From positions 11,154,514 through 11,218,513 of the forward strand of contig NC_052174.1 of assembly GCF_902713615.1 (NCBI RefSeq): 64,000 bases of DNA. Reading direction: 5' to 3'. Both the position numbers and the translations under genes were made by a program. The DNA comes from Scyliorhinus canicula. Its lineage: Eukaryota. Below the pieces are notes generated by a model. It had not been told where the DNA came from. It was given only the letters and a program-made list of their open reading frames with translations, and made no database searches. Shown here in pieces: positions 35,204 to 47,287 of the stretch. Numbering within the stretch: the stretch's first letter is position 1; every line of letters begins with the position of its first letter.

Positions 35204-36700
35204 TGTGGTAATCGTAGATTTACTAGATACAAAAACAACTGAGCAAACACCAGAGGGAGAGCTATAAATACACCGGGACAGGATGTACAATTTTCTTTAA
35301 CGATGTACAGAAAATATGTAAAGAGAAAAAGGGGGATGTGGTGATCACAAGTTAACTAGATGCAATACAACTGAGCAAACACTAGAGGGGGCACGGGAGA
35401 GCCATATAAATAGACGGGGACAGGAAGTGAGGACACACTTCACAGAGGGCAGAACTTGGAGCAACACAGATACACCCACTCCAGCTAGGAACACTGAAGG
35501 TAACCTTAGGAAACAGCTCTGAAGAGTGAACGAACTTACAATAAAGCATCTTCTCCACATTTGAGACTACGAGCTTTATTAAGACACGAGTAACAACACA
35601 TGGTACCCAGGAGTGGCTTCAGACGCTTACTACAGGACAACTCAGTGGCAGATACAGAAAGCTCAAAATGGCATGGAAATCTCCTACTGGACATTTGACT
35701 TTGGAAGACATCGCTAATGCGAGGCTGTGGCTTGGATACCCAGAGCAGCTAGACCTGACTGGCAATGTAAGAGGTGTCTGGAAAGGTTTTAAACAAATGT
35801 TTGATTTGGATCTCGTAGCTAATGAGGTACAAGACGCCTCCGACAACATTAAAATAGCAATTCTCACCGCAGGGCCTGTAAATAGGAAAGTTTATAATGG
35901 ATTTAAATACTCAAAAGATGAAGACAGAAACAGCTTACAAACGTTACTAAACAAATTTGAAGAGTACTGTGAGAAATTTGAACAGCAAGACATACTCAGA
36001 GTCCAAACTGCACAGAGACTGAGTGATGCAAAACTTAAAAAATCACGAAAAGAACAAGAAATCGCGAATGAAAAGAACAGATCAAAAAGAAGAAATAACA
36101 AGAATTTCTCACAAAGCCAAAATGCTGAAACCCAGTCCAAATCGGGAAGAGAAGGTAACTTACAACTTTTAGAAATCCAGTCCAGATGGGACAGAAAAAT
36201 CGCTGAAATCCGCGAAAAAATGGCGTCGGAGCACATTTTGCAGTCTCCGGTAAGCAAAGAACTACAAATTGCGTCTGCGCATGCGCCGGAACCGGAAGCC
36301 GCGCATGCGCAGTTTAAAAAATATCGCGGTGCTGATCGTTATGCGCATGCGCAAGCCGCGCATGCGCAGTCAAAAAAAGAGATCCAAAGTGAACTTGGGG
36401 TTATATCCCATCAGGCTGAGGTGGCGATGTCCCAGTTTGAAGCAGCTTCCTGATCCTCCGCAAATGACCACAGTTGGCAGGAACGTTCCAATCCCGGTAT
36501 TTTCATCAGGAGGCGCGGCCAACATTTTGGGGTCGGGAGCCAACAATGATTTTGAAGCCATCATTGCAGAACTCGATTTGCACCTGACATAACTTCATCG
36601 AATCAGAGAATGTTACGTGAACATTGATATCTCTGCAGGTCGGAAGAGACGGGGTAGCACCTGAAAGACGGGGTAGTTCCCAACCAAACTGGTTTATTCC
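35204..36700 (+). mobile_element. Gypsy LTR retrotransposon remnant: 5' LTR, PBS and gag only
   Basis: LTR 35204-35600 (TG...CA, aataaa), PBS tggtac(c)caggagtgg at 35601, gag-like ORF 35668-36453 (P-x-QLDLTGNV...WKGFKQMF...KIAIL...KFEEYC). No pol and no 3' LTR seen. Confidence 0.8.
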
Positions 36701-37529
36701 AATTTTGATTGACATGCACACATACACAAATGGCTACAAGGAGGCCGGGACGCTAAATAGCTTCAAGGCAGAGATAGATAAATTCTTGATGTCGCGAGGA
36801 ATTAAGGGCTACGGGGAGAATGCTGGTAGGTGGAGTTGAAATGCCCATCAGCCATGATTGAATGGCGGAGTGGACTCGATGGGCCGAATGGCCTTACTTC
36901 CACTCCTATGTCTTATGGTCTTATGGTCTTAAGGAGGTGCAATTACTCTTTCATGAATAAGTTATATAATATTCAAATTTGTTACATACATTTAATTTCT
37001 TCATAAACAAAACTTAACAACAGATTTCCTCGTCCCAACAGGCACTGCCTATTTTAACCCAGACTTTCAAATCTTAGGAGAAGGACCTTGACCCACCTCG
37101 GCCTGGGAGTGAGGGGATCTATCTCCAACAAAGACTGATTTTACCCTTGACCTTTGTTGACCATGACCCTTGCACCAGTCAATTGATAGAGGCAGCAACT
37201 GTATCTTTCAATTAAATCACATCTTTATTCAGGAAAATGTAAAACAAATTAAATGCTTAAGATTGCTAAAGTACTGATTCTCGTACACTGTCTCACACGC
37301 TTTCACTCCTCTCTGAGCCCATTTTACGTTTACAAGCATAGATTGATTTTAACTGTGAATGCCTATCTATTGGAAGTGTAGGGGCGTCAATACCCAATCG
37401 CACTAGCTGGGTACCAGTAGAGATCAGACTCCACCTTCAAGCTGGAGGCTCAAAGCTTTTTCCTCCACGTGCTGTTGTTCCTCGAGGTTAGGGCAGTGAA
37501 ACCTCCTTCTTATACAGATCTCGCTGGCA

Positions 37530-37730
37530 CTGGGGCTGGTTTAGCTCACTGGGCTAAATCACTGGCATTGAAAGCAGACCAAAGCAGGCCAGCAGCACGG
37601 TTCGATTCCCGTACCAGCCTCCCCGAACAGGGCGCCGGAATGTGGCGACTAGGGGCTTTTCACAGTAACTTCATTTGAAGCCTACTCGTGACAATAAGCC
37701 ATTTTCATTTCATTTTTTCATTTTTCACTG
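37530..37730 (+). mobile_element. Short SINE of a second subfamily
   Basis: ggggctggtttagc...ggttcgattcccg...ccggaatgtggcgactaggggcttttcacag...(tttca)n tail. Relatives at ~18580-18750, 24620-24790(-), 38455-38640. Confidence 0.8.
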
Positions 37731-39129
37731 ATCTCAGACTTCTAGTCACGTAGTAACATGGCAGCAACAATCACTGTGCTCGAGTCGCGAATGTTCAAAG
37801 AACCGTGGTCCGCTCAAGGATCGGGATTCTTCGCCGGAGCACCACACAAGGGGATATATTGTTCAGATTAATTTATTTCAGGATGCCTGACCTGAGGGCC
37901 AGTTCTCCGTGATAATGTTAATCCATCCTTCCTGCCCAGTTGATCGGTTCGGACGGGCTTCTAATCAGGGGATATATTGCTTTTCATTCTCGGAATTCAT
38001 CATGACCAGTCATTCCCCTGTGAAGGCATTTATTGCCCAATAGCGTGGCCAATGGCAGGTTGCAAAATCAAATGCATTTACTGCAAATCACAAAGGTCGG
38101 TTCACTTCCGGTCTTGGGTCACTGTCTGTGCGGAGTCTGCACATTCTCCCCCGTCTCTGCGTCAGTTTCCTCCGGGTGCTCCGGTTTCCTCCCACAAGTC
38201 CAAAGACGTGCAAGTTAGGTGGATTGGTTGTGCTAAGTTGCCCCTTATTGTCCAGGGATGCGCGGGACAGGGTGGGGTGGACGGGGGGGGGGGGGGGGGG
38301 GGGGGTGCGAGCACGGGTAGGGGGCTGTTGCAGAGGGTGGGGGCAGTCCCGATGGGCCGAATGGCGTCCTCCTGCACTGCAGGGGTTCTACCGGGCATCT
38401 CTGTCTGGTTCTGACCCCGCATCTGAACTCAAACATCTTGCAGTTCAGGGTTATTTGGGGCTGGTTTAGCACACTGGGCTAAATCGCTGGCTTTGAAAGC
38501 AGACCAAGGCAGGCCAGCAGCACGGTTCGATTCCCGGACCAGCCTCCCCGGACAGGCGCCGGAATGTGGCGACTAGGGGCTTTTCACAGTCACTTCATTT
38601 GAAGCCTACTCGTGACAAGAAGCCATTTTCATTTCATTTCAGTTTAGCAACTCCTGGTGATCGACTGATTCACACATCCCAAAAATAGACCTGAGCTCAG
38701 AGATATTCTGCAGCTGTTGCGCATTTCCTGTTGCTTGAACTTGGCTCTTGCTCAGATGTGACCCACCCTTGTCCAGTGACCCACCCTCCGGACACAATCG
38801 GTGGTGATCTGCGACAGCAAAATTGGTGCCGATCCCAAAGCAATTCATCAACCGTTAATGATCTAGCACTGGCGCATCGCGGAACATGACCGATTCCAAT
38901 GGCAGGCGGTTTTGCCAGGGTCAGGGTTGACACTCGAGAGGCTAACAAGCTGCAGCCGCATGTCAGCACTCCACTCCCCTCACACACTCATTCCTGCCAA
39001 ACGATGGCAGCAAGGCACAGCCGTCCACTGATGCTGAACCCAGCTGGGCGCAGTGGAGGAGAGCTGGGCCACCCTGTACCCCGGTGGAAAGGAGGTGGCC
39101 ACCCATCTGATGAGCCATCAATTGCACGA

Positions 39130-39386
39130 GAGACGAGTTGCTGTACAAATGTTAGGCTTTAATAAGCTAGAACTTAGCCCTGCGGTTGTCTACAATAAAA
39201 TGGACGACTGCCGGGTGTTCTGACTATTTATACCCCGCCCTGGAGGCGGGGTTAACTCAGCCTCTCGACCAATCGGAGAGCCATCACATGACTGGTCTCA
39301 ACCAATCGGTTGAGAGGCACATGACCGACCAGGGCCAATGGGAAGCCGGTGTTCTGCACCAATGGCAGGCAGCTATGCAAATCATA
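39130..39386 (-). mobile_element. LTR fragment truncated by gap
   Basis: Minus strand has octamer, repeated ATTGG/CCAAT, GC box, TATAAATA and ATTAAA in LTR order. Confidence 0.6.
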
Positions 39387-39886
39387 NNNNNNNNNNNNNN
39401 NNNNNNNNNNNNNNNNNNNNNNNNNNNNNNNNNNNNNNNNNNNNNNNNNNNNNNNNNNNNNNNNNNNNNNNNNNNNNNNNNNNNNNNNNNNNNNNNNNNN
39501 NNNNNNNNNNNNNNNNNNNNNNNNNNNNNNNNNNNNNNNNNNNNNNNNNNNNNNNNNNNNNNNNNNNNNNNNNNNNNNNNNNNNNNNNNNNNNNNNNNNN
39601 NNNNNNNNNNNNNNNNNNNNNNNNNNNNNNNNNNNNNNNNNNNNNNNNNNNNNNNNNNNNNNNNNNNNNNNNNNNNNNNNNNNNNNNNNNNNNNNNNNNN
39701 NNNNNNNNNNNNNNNNNNNNNNNNNNNNNNNNNNNNNNNNNNNNNNNNNNNNNNNNNNNNNNNNNNNNNNNNNNNNNNNNNNNNNNNNNNNNNNNNNNNN
39801 NNNNNNNNNNNNNNNNNNNNNNNNNNNNNNNNNNNNNNNNNNNNNNNNNNNNNNNNNNNNNNNNNNNNNNNNNNNNNNNNNNNNNN

Positions 39887-40110
39887 ACCTCTTCACATCA
39901 ACCCCCTTTCCATTTCTCAGATCTGACCTCCGAACTTCCTTCCAAACAACGGCTAAACTCCGGACGCTCCGAAGGCAAATTAACGTTGAAAGATGTTGAA
40001 ATCTTCGGCGTAAATGAGTGACGTCCATCACTGCGTTGGCCAAGAGTTTACACGGAATTGGCGTGACTGTAATGAGGGGGAAGGAGGTGAAATGACCTGA
40101 ACTGGAGCAT
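39887..40110 (-). promoter_or_regulatory. Paralogous copy of the PILR-like promoter region, truncated by a gap
   Basis: Direct same-orientation homology to 33524-33745, including an identical ~60-bp block (39972-40032 = 33607-33667). Confidence 0.55.
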
Positions 40111-40139
40111 GAGGTCCATGCCGCTCCGTTTTTAACACA

Positions 40140-42420
40140 AACCTGGTCTCCATTACCCACAGTTGGCCCATATCCCTCTATACCAACTTTCACATATAAC
40201 TGTCTATATATAAACTGTGGCTTATATATAGAATAAAAAACAAAATTGCACTCGCCCCTACTACTGCCTCTGGCAGCTCGTTCCAGTCACTCACCACCCT
40301 CGTCAAAAAACCGCTCCTCTGGACACTTTGTATCTCTCCCCTCTCGTCTTAAATCTATGCCCTCTACTTTCCGACTCCTCTACGTTTGGGAAAAGGGCTG
40401 GACTATCCGCCTCATCTATGTCCCCTATTATTTTATAGACCTCTATAAGTTTACCCCTCAGCCTCCTGTGCTCCAGAGAAACAAGTCCCTGTCTATCCAT
40501 CCTCTCCTGATAACTCAAACCTTATACTCCTCGATCGCTTTGTTCTGTAACTCTCCGCAACTCCCTATCCTAGTTACTCTTTTGTCCTTTATGTATCTGT
40601 GGAAGCTCTTTGGATTTTCCTGTGCCTTATCTGTAAAGACAATCTCATGTCCCCTTTTTGCCTTCCTGATTTCTCTCTTCACTCTACTCCGACAAGCCCT
40701 ATACTCTTCAAGGGATCCATTTGATCCCTGCTGCCTATGCATGTCATATGCCTCCTTCATCCTTTTGACCATGGCCTCAATATCCCGAGTCATCCAGGGT
40801 TCCACCAGCCTTACCCTTCACTCTAAGAGGAATGTGCTAACCCTGAACTCTAGTTAACACCTTTTTGAATGACTCTCACTTACCAGCTATCCCCTTGCCT
40901 GTAAACAGGCTCCCCCAGTCAACTGCCCCATAACCATCAAAATTGGCCTTTCCCCAATTTAGAATGTTAACCTTTGGGCCAGAATTATCGTTCTCCACAG
41001 CTATCTTAAAACTAATGGAATGATGGTCACTGGTCCCAAAGTGATCCCTCACTAACATGTCCGTCACCTGCCCTTCCTTATTCCCCAAGAGGAGGTCAGG
41101 TTTTGCCCCCTCTCTGGTCAGGCCATCCACACATTGAATGAGGAATTCTTCCTGAATACACTCAACAAATTTCTCTCCATCCAAACCCCTAGTGCTGTGG
41201 CTGTCCCAGTTAATGTTGGGAAAATTAAAGTCCCCAACCATTCCCACCCTATTTTCCTGGCAGCTATCTAACATATTTGTTCCTCAACATTCCTGCTGAC
41301 TATTTGGGGGCCTATTCTATCAAGCTGATCGCTCCCTTCTTATTTTTCAGTTTTAAACATATAGACCCAGTGGGCGAACCCTCAGATATATCCTTTCTCT
41401 GTACTGCCGTGATGCTGTCCCGAATCAAAAACGCAACTCCCCCTCCTCTCCTATCTCCTGTTCTATCTTTCCGATAGCATCTGTACCCCGGAACATTGAG
41501 CTGCCAGTCCTGCCCCTCCTTTAGCCATGTTTCAGTAATCGCTATAGTATCCCAGTCCCATGTATCTATCCGTGACCTGAGTTCACCTCCCTTGTTCGTG
41601 TCGCCTCTTGCATTGAAATTAATGTAGTTTAATCTAGACTTCCCTTGCTCTCTGCTCTGCTTTCTCAGACCATCTGTCCGGTCATGTTTTGTGCATTCTC
41701 CCTGTGTTTTATGTCTCTTAGCCGTACTGAACCCATTCAGTGAGTTCTCCACAGTCTCTGTACTCTGTACTGTGGCCCTTTTTGATTTGTGACTTGGTTT
41801 CTCTGTCTTTCACTTCTCCCCTTACTGCCTTTTGTTTCTGTCCCCATTTTAATTCCCTCTGACTTCCTGCATCGGTTCCCATCCCCCTGCCACATTAAGT
41901 TAACCCCTCCCCAACAGTGCTAGCAAACACTCCCCCTAGGTTCCAGTCCTGCCCAGGTGTAGACCGTCCAGTTTGTACTGGTCCCACCTCCCCCAGAACC
42001 GGTTCCAATGTCCCAGGAATTTGAATCCCTCCCTCTTGCACCATCTCTCAAGCCATGTCTTATCTATCCTGTCAATCCTACTCTGACGAGCTCATGGCAC
42101 TGGTAGCAATCCTGAGATTACTGCCTTTGAGGTCCCACTTTTTAGTTTGATGCCCAACTCCCTGAATTCAGCTTGTAGGACCTCATCATGTTCTTTACCT
42201 ATTGTGTTGGTGCCAATCTGCACCACAACAGCTGGCACCCCTCCCCCTCCAGAATGACCTTCAGTCACTCCGGGATATCCTTGACCCTTACACCAGGGAG
42301 GCAATATGCCATCCTAGAGTCTCGATTGCGTCCGCAGAAAAGCCTGACTATTCCCCTTACCATCGAGTGCTCTATCACTAAGGCTCTGCCACTCTTTTTC
42401 CTGCCCTCCTGTGCAGCAGA
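40140..42420 (-). mobile_element. CR1-type LINE with ORF1 esterase and APE but RT internally deleted
   Basis: IGTN SGNH-esterase motif (42092-42304), APE motifs INFNARG, AITETWL, RRGGGVA and VGDFNFP, then a jump at ~40520 to the ORF2 C-terminus and tail. Confidence 0.85.
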
Positions 42421-42504
42421 GCCAGAATGTGGCGACTAGGGGCTTTTCACGGTAACTTCATTGCAGTGTAAGCCTATTTGTGACAATAATAAAGATTATT
42501 ATTA

Positions 42505-43470
42505 TATGGTTTGGGAGCTGAGATGGTCTTGTTTGAGTGAGAATACAGATAGCAGTTAAGGGTTATTGTATCACTATATCAATTAGCATTGTTTAAGGGG
42601 TAATTGTAACCTATTTGGTGTGCAATGCTAAAGATATATTAATACTGTGTTAGTAATAAAGTTTGTTTAAATATAGTTGTGTTTACTAATGAACAATGTT
42701 TAGGGTTAAAAGACGAGAAAAATGAAGCCATCTTTTTATATTGCTGGTCCTTCTTTTAAGGGGGAGGTGTGATGAATGTAGGACTTTCATTCATAATGTA
42801 TTGTAGATATATGGTGTTGTAAGGGTAAAAGCCTGGGTTGGTAGTGTTTTTAAATAAATCAGGGTTGAAAAAGTTTGGGAGCCAGGGATGCAATGAAACC
42901 ATCCAAAAAGCGTGAACTAATGGAATATTGTTCGATTAAGGGATTCAATTAGATTTCAGCTAGGTAAGATGATGTAATTCCTGGGAGAAACCAGGCATTT
43001 TGCAGAAAAAGAAGTGTTAGTTGGAGCTGTGAGCAGGTGTCAAGCATTTCAATTTAGTTAAAAGATATGTCTGTAGGTGGATTCACAGTTTCTTTCCAAA
43101 GCAGTTCAGAAGGGTACGGTTAGAAGGTGAGGTGAAGCAAGCTGAAACAGCTTCAGAAGCAGCCAGAGTTTCTGCATGAGTCTGACAGGATTCAGATCTT
43201 TTCTTCAAAGCAGTGTCAAGGAGATCTATCTCTCTCAAAGTAGAGTATCCAGACATCTCTGTACAGCAGCTATTCCTGAGTGCTAGCTGCATTTGAAAGT
43301 GGATTGAGAGCTGAGATTTTGTTTTTGTTGCTTGAGTGGGAATAAAGATAGCAGTTAAGGGTGATTGCATCGCTGTATCAATTAGCATTGTTTAAGGGGT
43401 AATTATCAGCCATTGTTTGGTGTGATATTAAAGATATTTTAATACTGTGTCAGTAATAAGGTTTGTTTTA
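42505..43470 (+). mobile_element. LTR element with almost the whole interior deleted (partial 5' LTR, PPT, 3' LTR)
   Basis: 42510-42680 is repeated at 43300-43465. Polypurine tract aagggggagg precedes the TG start at 42768. Confidence 0.7.
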
Positions 43471-43529
43471 ATTTAACTTGGGACCCTGGAGCTGTGAAGC
43501 CACTGTGCTATCCACAATGCTACCGTGCT

Positions 43530-43960
43530 GCCCTTAAGAAGAAATTAATCTACACTCCATTATTCTACCCTAATCCATGTACCTATCCAATAGCCGCTTG
43601 AAGGTCCCTAACGTTTCCGACTCAACTACTTCCACAGGCAGTGCATTCTATGCCCCCACTACTCTCTGGGTAAAGAACCTACCTCTGATACCCCCCCTAT
43701 ATCTTCCACCGTTTACCATAAATTTATGTCCCCTTGTAATGGTTTGTTCCACCCGGGGAAAAAAGTCTCTGACTGTCTATCTATTCCCCTGATCATCTTA
43801 TAAACCTCTATCAAGTCGCCCCTCATCCTTCTCTGTTCTAATGAGAAAAGGCCTCGCACCCTCAACCTTTCCTCGTAAGACCTACTCTCCATTCCAGGCA
43901 ACATCCTGGTAAATCTCCTTTGCACCTTTTTCCCAAAGCTTCCACATCCTTCCTAAAATA
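43530..43960 (-). mobile_element. CR1 3' fragment
   Basis: QRRFTRMLPGMESRSYEERL...RGDLIEVYK (ORF 43713-43925). Confidence 0.85.
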
Positions 43961-44414
43961 TTGGGGTTTCTGTCCAGTGTCCGAGTCACTGCCAGGATCA
44001 TTGTCACTGTGAGCCTCCTCCTTCCCGCTTCCTGTCTGTCCATCACCTCACCTGCTTCTCACGTCCTGAACTCCCGGTTTGATACAGGAAAAGCTCAGGG
44101 ATCGACATGATTGCAAATGAGGGGTTATTGCGAAGCGGCGATTAATGCACCAAGCAAACTCCAACCGACTGATCGGACTGTTGCTTCTTTCCCATTTGAA
44201 GCGGTCGCAGTTTCCACCAATGGGAGGCAGCTTCTCGGCAATATTGTCCGACCATCCAGAAACGTCGCGTTCGACTCCTTCGTGTCGGCCGTGACCTGCG
44301 TGACAGGCAATTGGGGTGCAGGGTGAGGGGAAAGGGGCTCTGGGAAGGAAAGTCAGATTATTCTGGAGACAACTGGGAATGTGTGAGCACGAGAAGAATG
44401 CACAGGGCGAGAAT

Positions 44415-45520
44415 TGTAGATGTCAAAATCTGTTACCCTCTGGGATTGAAGGTGATTTAGCGGTTTGGATCAGTAATTGGCTAGCTGAAAGAAGACACAG
44501 GGTGGTGGTTGATGGCAAATGTTCATCCTGGAGTTCAGTTACTAGTGGTGTACTACAAGGATCTGTTTTGGGGCCACTGCTGTTTGGCATTTTTATAAAT
44601 GACCTGGAAGAGGGTGTAGAAGGATGAGTTAGTAAATTTGCAGATGACACGAAGGTCGGTGGAGTTGTGGATAGTGCTGAAGGATGTTATAGGTTACAGA
44701 GGGACATAGATAAGCTGCAGAGCTGGGCTGAGAGGTGGCAGATGGAGTTTAATGCGGAAAAGTGTGAGGTGGTTCACTTTGGAAGGAGTAACAGGAATGC
44801 AGAGTACTGGGCTAATGGCAAGATTCTTGGTAGTGTAGATGAACAGAGAGATCTCGGCATCCAGGTACATAAATCCCTGAAAGTTGCCACCCAGGTTAAT
44901 AGGGCGGTTAAGAAGGCATATGGTGTGCTAGCCTTTATCAGCAGGGGGATTGAGTTTCGGAGCCACGAGGCCATGTTGCAGCTGTACAAAACTCTGGTGC
45001 GGCCGCACCTGGAGTACTGCGTGCAGTTCTGGTCACCACATTATAGGAAGGATGTGGAAGCTTTGGAAAGGGTTCAGAGGAGATTTACTAGGATGTTGCC
45101 TGGTATGGAGGGAAGGTCTTACAAGGAAAGGCTCAGGGACTTGAGGTTGTTTTCGTTAGAGAGGAGAAGGGTGACTTAATAGAGACATATAAGATAGTCA
45201 GAGGGTTAGATAGGGTGGACAGTGAGAGTCTTTTTCCTCGGATGGTGATGACCAACACGAGGGGACATAGCTTTAAATTGAGGGGTGGTAGATATAGGAC
45301 AGATGTCAGAGGCAGTTTCTTTACTCAGAGAGTAGTAGGGGTGTGGAACGCCCTGCCTGCAACAGTAGTAGACTCGCCAACTTTAAGGGCATTTAAGTGG
45401 TCACTGGATAGACATATGGATGAAAATGGAATAGTGTAGGTCAGAGAGGCTTCAGATGGTTTCACAGGTCGGCGCAACATCGAGGGCCGAAGGGCCCGTA
45501 CTGCGCTGTAATGTTCTATC
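44415..45520 (+). mobile_element. CR1 LINE 3' portion (RT C-terminal half plus tail)
   Basis: [16 protein letters not shown]...FADDTK...LYKTLVRPHLEYCVQFWSP; tail gagggccgaagggcc...tgttcta. Confidence 0.93.
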
Positions 45521-46278
45521 TCAGCATGATAGTTACCTCCCCCCCCAAATTATTATACCTCGGGTGACGAAGGATGAGCTGGCTCCCTTACCTTTATCAA
45601 ACCCCCTTCGGTGGGTCACGAGATTGATTTAAAAGCGATCCCTTCCCTCGGGGAGAACCATTCTCACTCCCAATGCATTGATGTTTGAAATGGAGCCAAT
45701 TTACCCGGCCTTTTTTTGAGTTGAAGGAAGAATGGGTTTCCCGGCTGCCATCCACGAGGAAAGATAATGTGACACATGTACCGACGTTCGCACAGATTGG
45801 AAATGAAAAGTGAGTCCAAATTAAGTTTTGAGAAGAGATACACGAGCCAGGGGGTAGACGGGGAGGCATTGAGGCCATTTGACTGCAGTTGAATGTTTAG
45901 AACATAGAACATAGAACAGTACAGCACAGAACAGGCCCTTCGGCCCTCAATGTTGTGCCGAGCAATGATCACCCTACTCAAACCCACGTATCCACCCTAT
46001 ACCTGTAATCCAACAACTCCCTCCCATTAACCTTACTTTTTAGGACACTATGGGCAATTTAGCATGGCCAATCCACCTAACCCGCACATCTTTGGACTGT
46101 GGGAGGAAACCGGAGCACCCGGAGGAAACCCACGCACACAGGGGGAGGACGTGCAGACTCCGCACAGACAGTGACCCAACCGGGAATCGAACCTGGGACC
46201 CTGGCGCAGTGAAGCATTTATGCTAACCACCATGCTACTGTGCTGCCAAAGTTAGTTTAGCGATTCTTGTTTCCACGG

Positions 46279-47287
46279 TGTAGCTGAGTGCGGTAGTCAC
46301 CACTAGTAGTATATTACATGTATTACGGGACTGCCCGTATAGTAGAGGTACATGGGTAAATCCCTGCCTGCTGGCTCCGCCCAGTAGGCGGAGTATAAAT
46401 GTGTGTGCTCGCCGGTGCTGCAGCCATTCTGGTTCCAGCTACAGGAGGCGCCACATCTTTGCTCAATAAAGCCTCGATTATTCCACTACTTCCGTCTTTG
46501 TGGCGATTGAAAGTGCGGTATTGTGTGAAGCAAATAATGGCATGATGGGAAAACTAGTCAAGTCTTCTTGGTACAATTGAATTTAAACTGATTTCACATA
46601 TTTCACAGATACAAAATACACAGATACAAACAGCCGAGGTCAACTTGACCTGAGAACTGGGTGACTCTGAAATTCTAGGATAAGGCGTTTTCGTCATGAG
46701 ACTAGAAGCAGTCTCAATACATACCAAGCTGAAAAACTGTCTCTTCCTGTACGTAAACAAATTTGTCCATCGCTTAAAACAAAGACAAGATAATGACATG
46801 AGACCCGAGTCCTCTAAAGGTCAACAAGGAGACGCCATTGTAATGATCATTACTTATGTTTTACTTTTGATCAAATTCCTGACCAAGCTATCTTGATCCG
46901 ATAATGTATAAAAATCGCCTTATTCTTCTGTAATATCGCAGATTTGGGACGGACTCAGCAGTTCGTACTTGACTGCCTTCCGACTTCAAGTCTCAGCCAT
47001 TACTGCTAGCAGTCAGTTCTAATTCGTAAATAAAGTTCAGTTTTGCTTACCTAATGAATCATGTTTGCATCATTCATTCACAGTCTAGAAGCAGGGAAAA
47101 TATTGACTACAACAATAGTGCATCTATTTATTGTGCAAGATGTGGTGCCTCCTGTAGCTGGAACTAGAATGGCTGCAGCTTGGTGAGCACACACTTTTAT
47201 ACTCCGCCTACTGGGCGGAGCCAGCAGGCTCTACGGGAAGTGCAGTAATACATGCAATGTACTACTAGTGGTGACTACCACACTGAG
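46279..47287. mobile_element. Two inverted copies of a short LTR-like element flanking another LTR-like segment
   Basis: 46279-46520 (+) and ~47105-47287 (-) are reverse complements (gctccgcccagtaggcggagtataaa, gcagccattc, caggaggc-ccacatctt). Confidence 0.6.
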
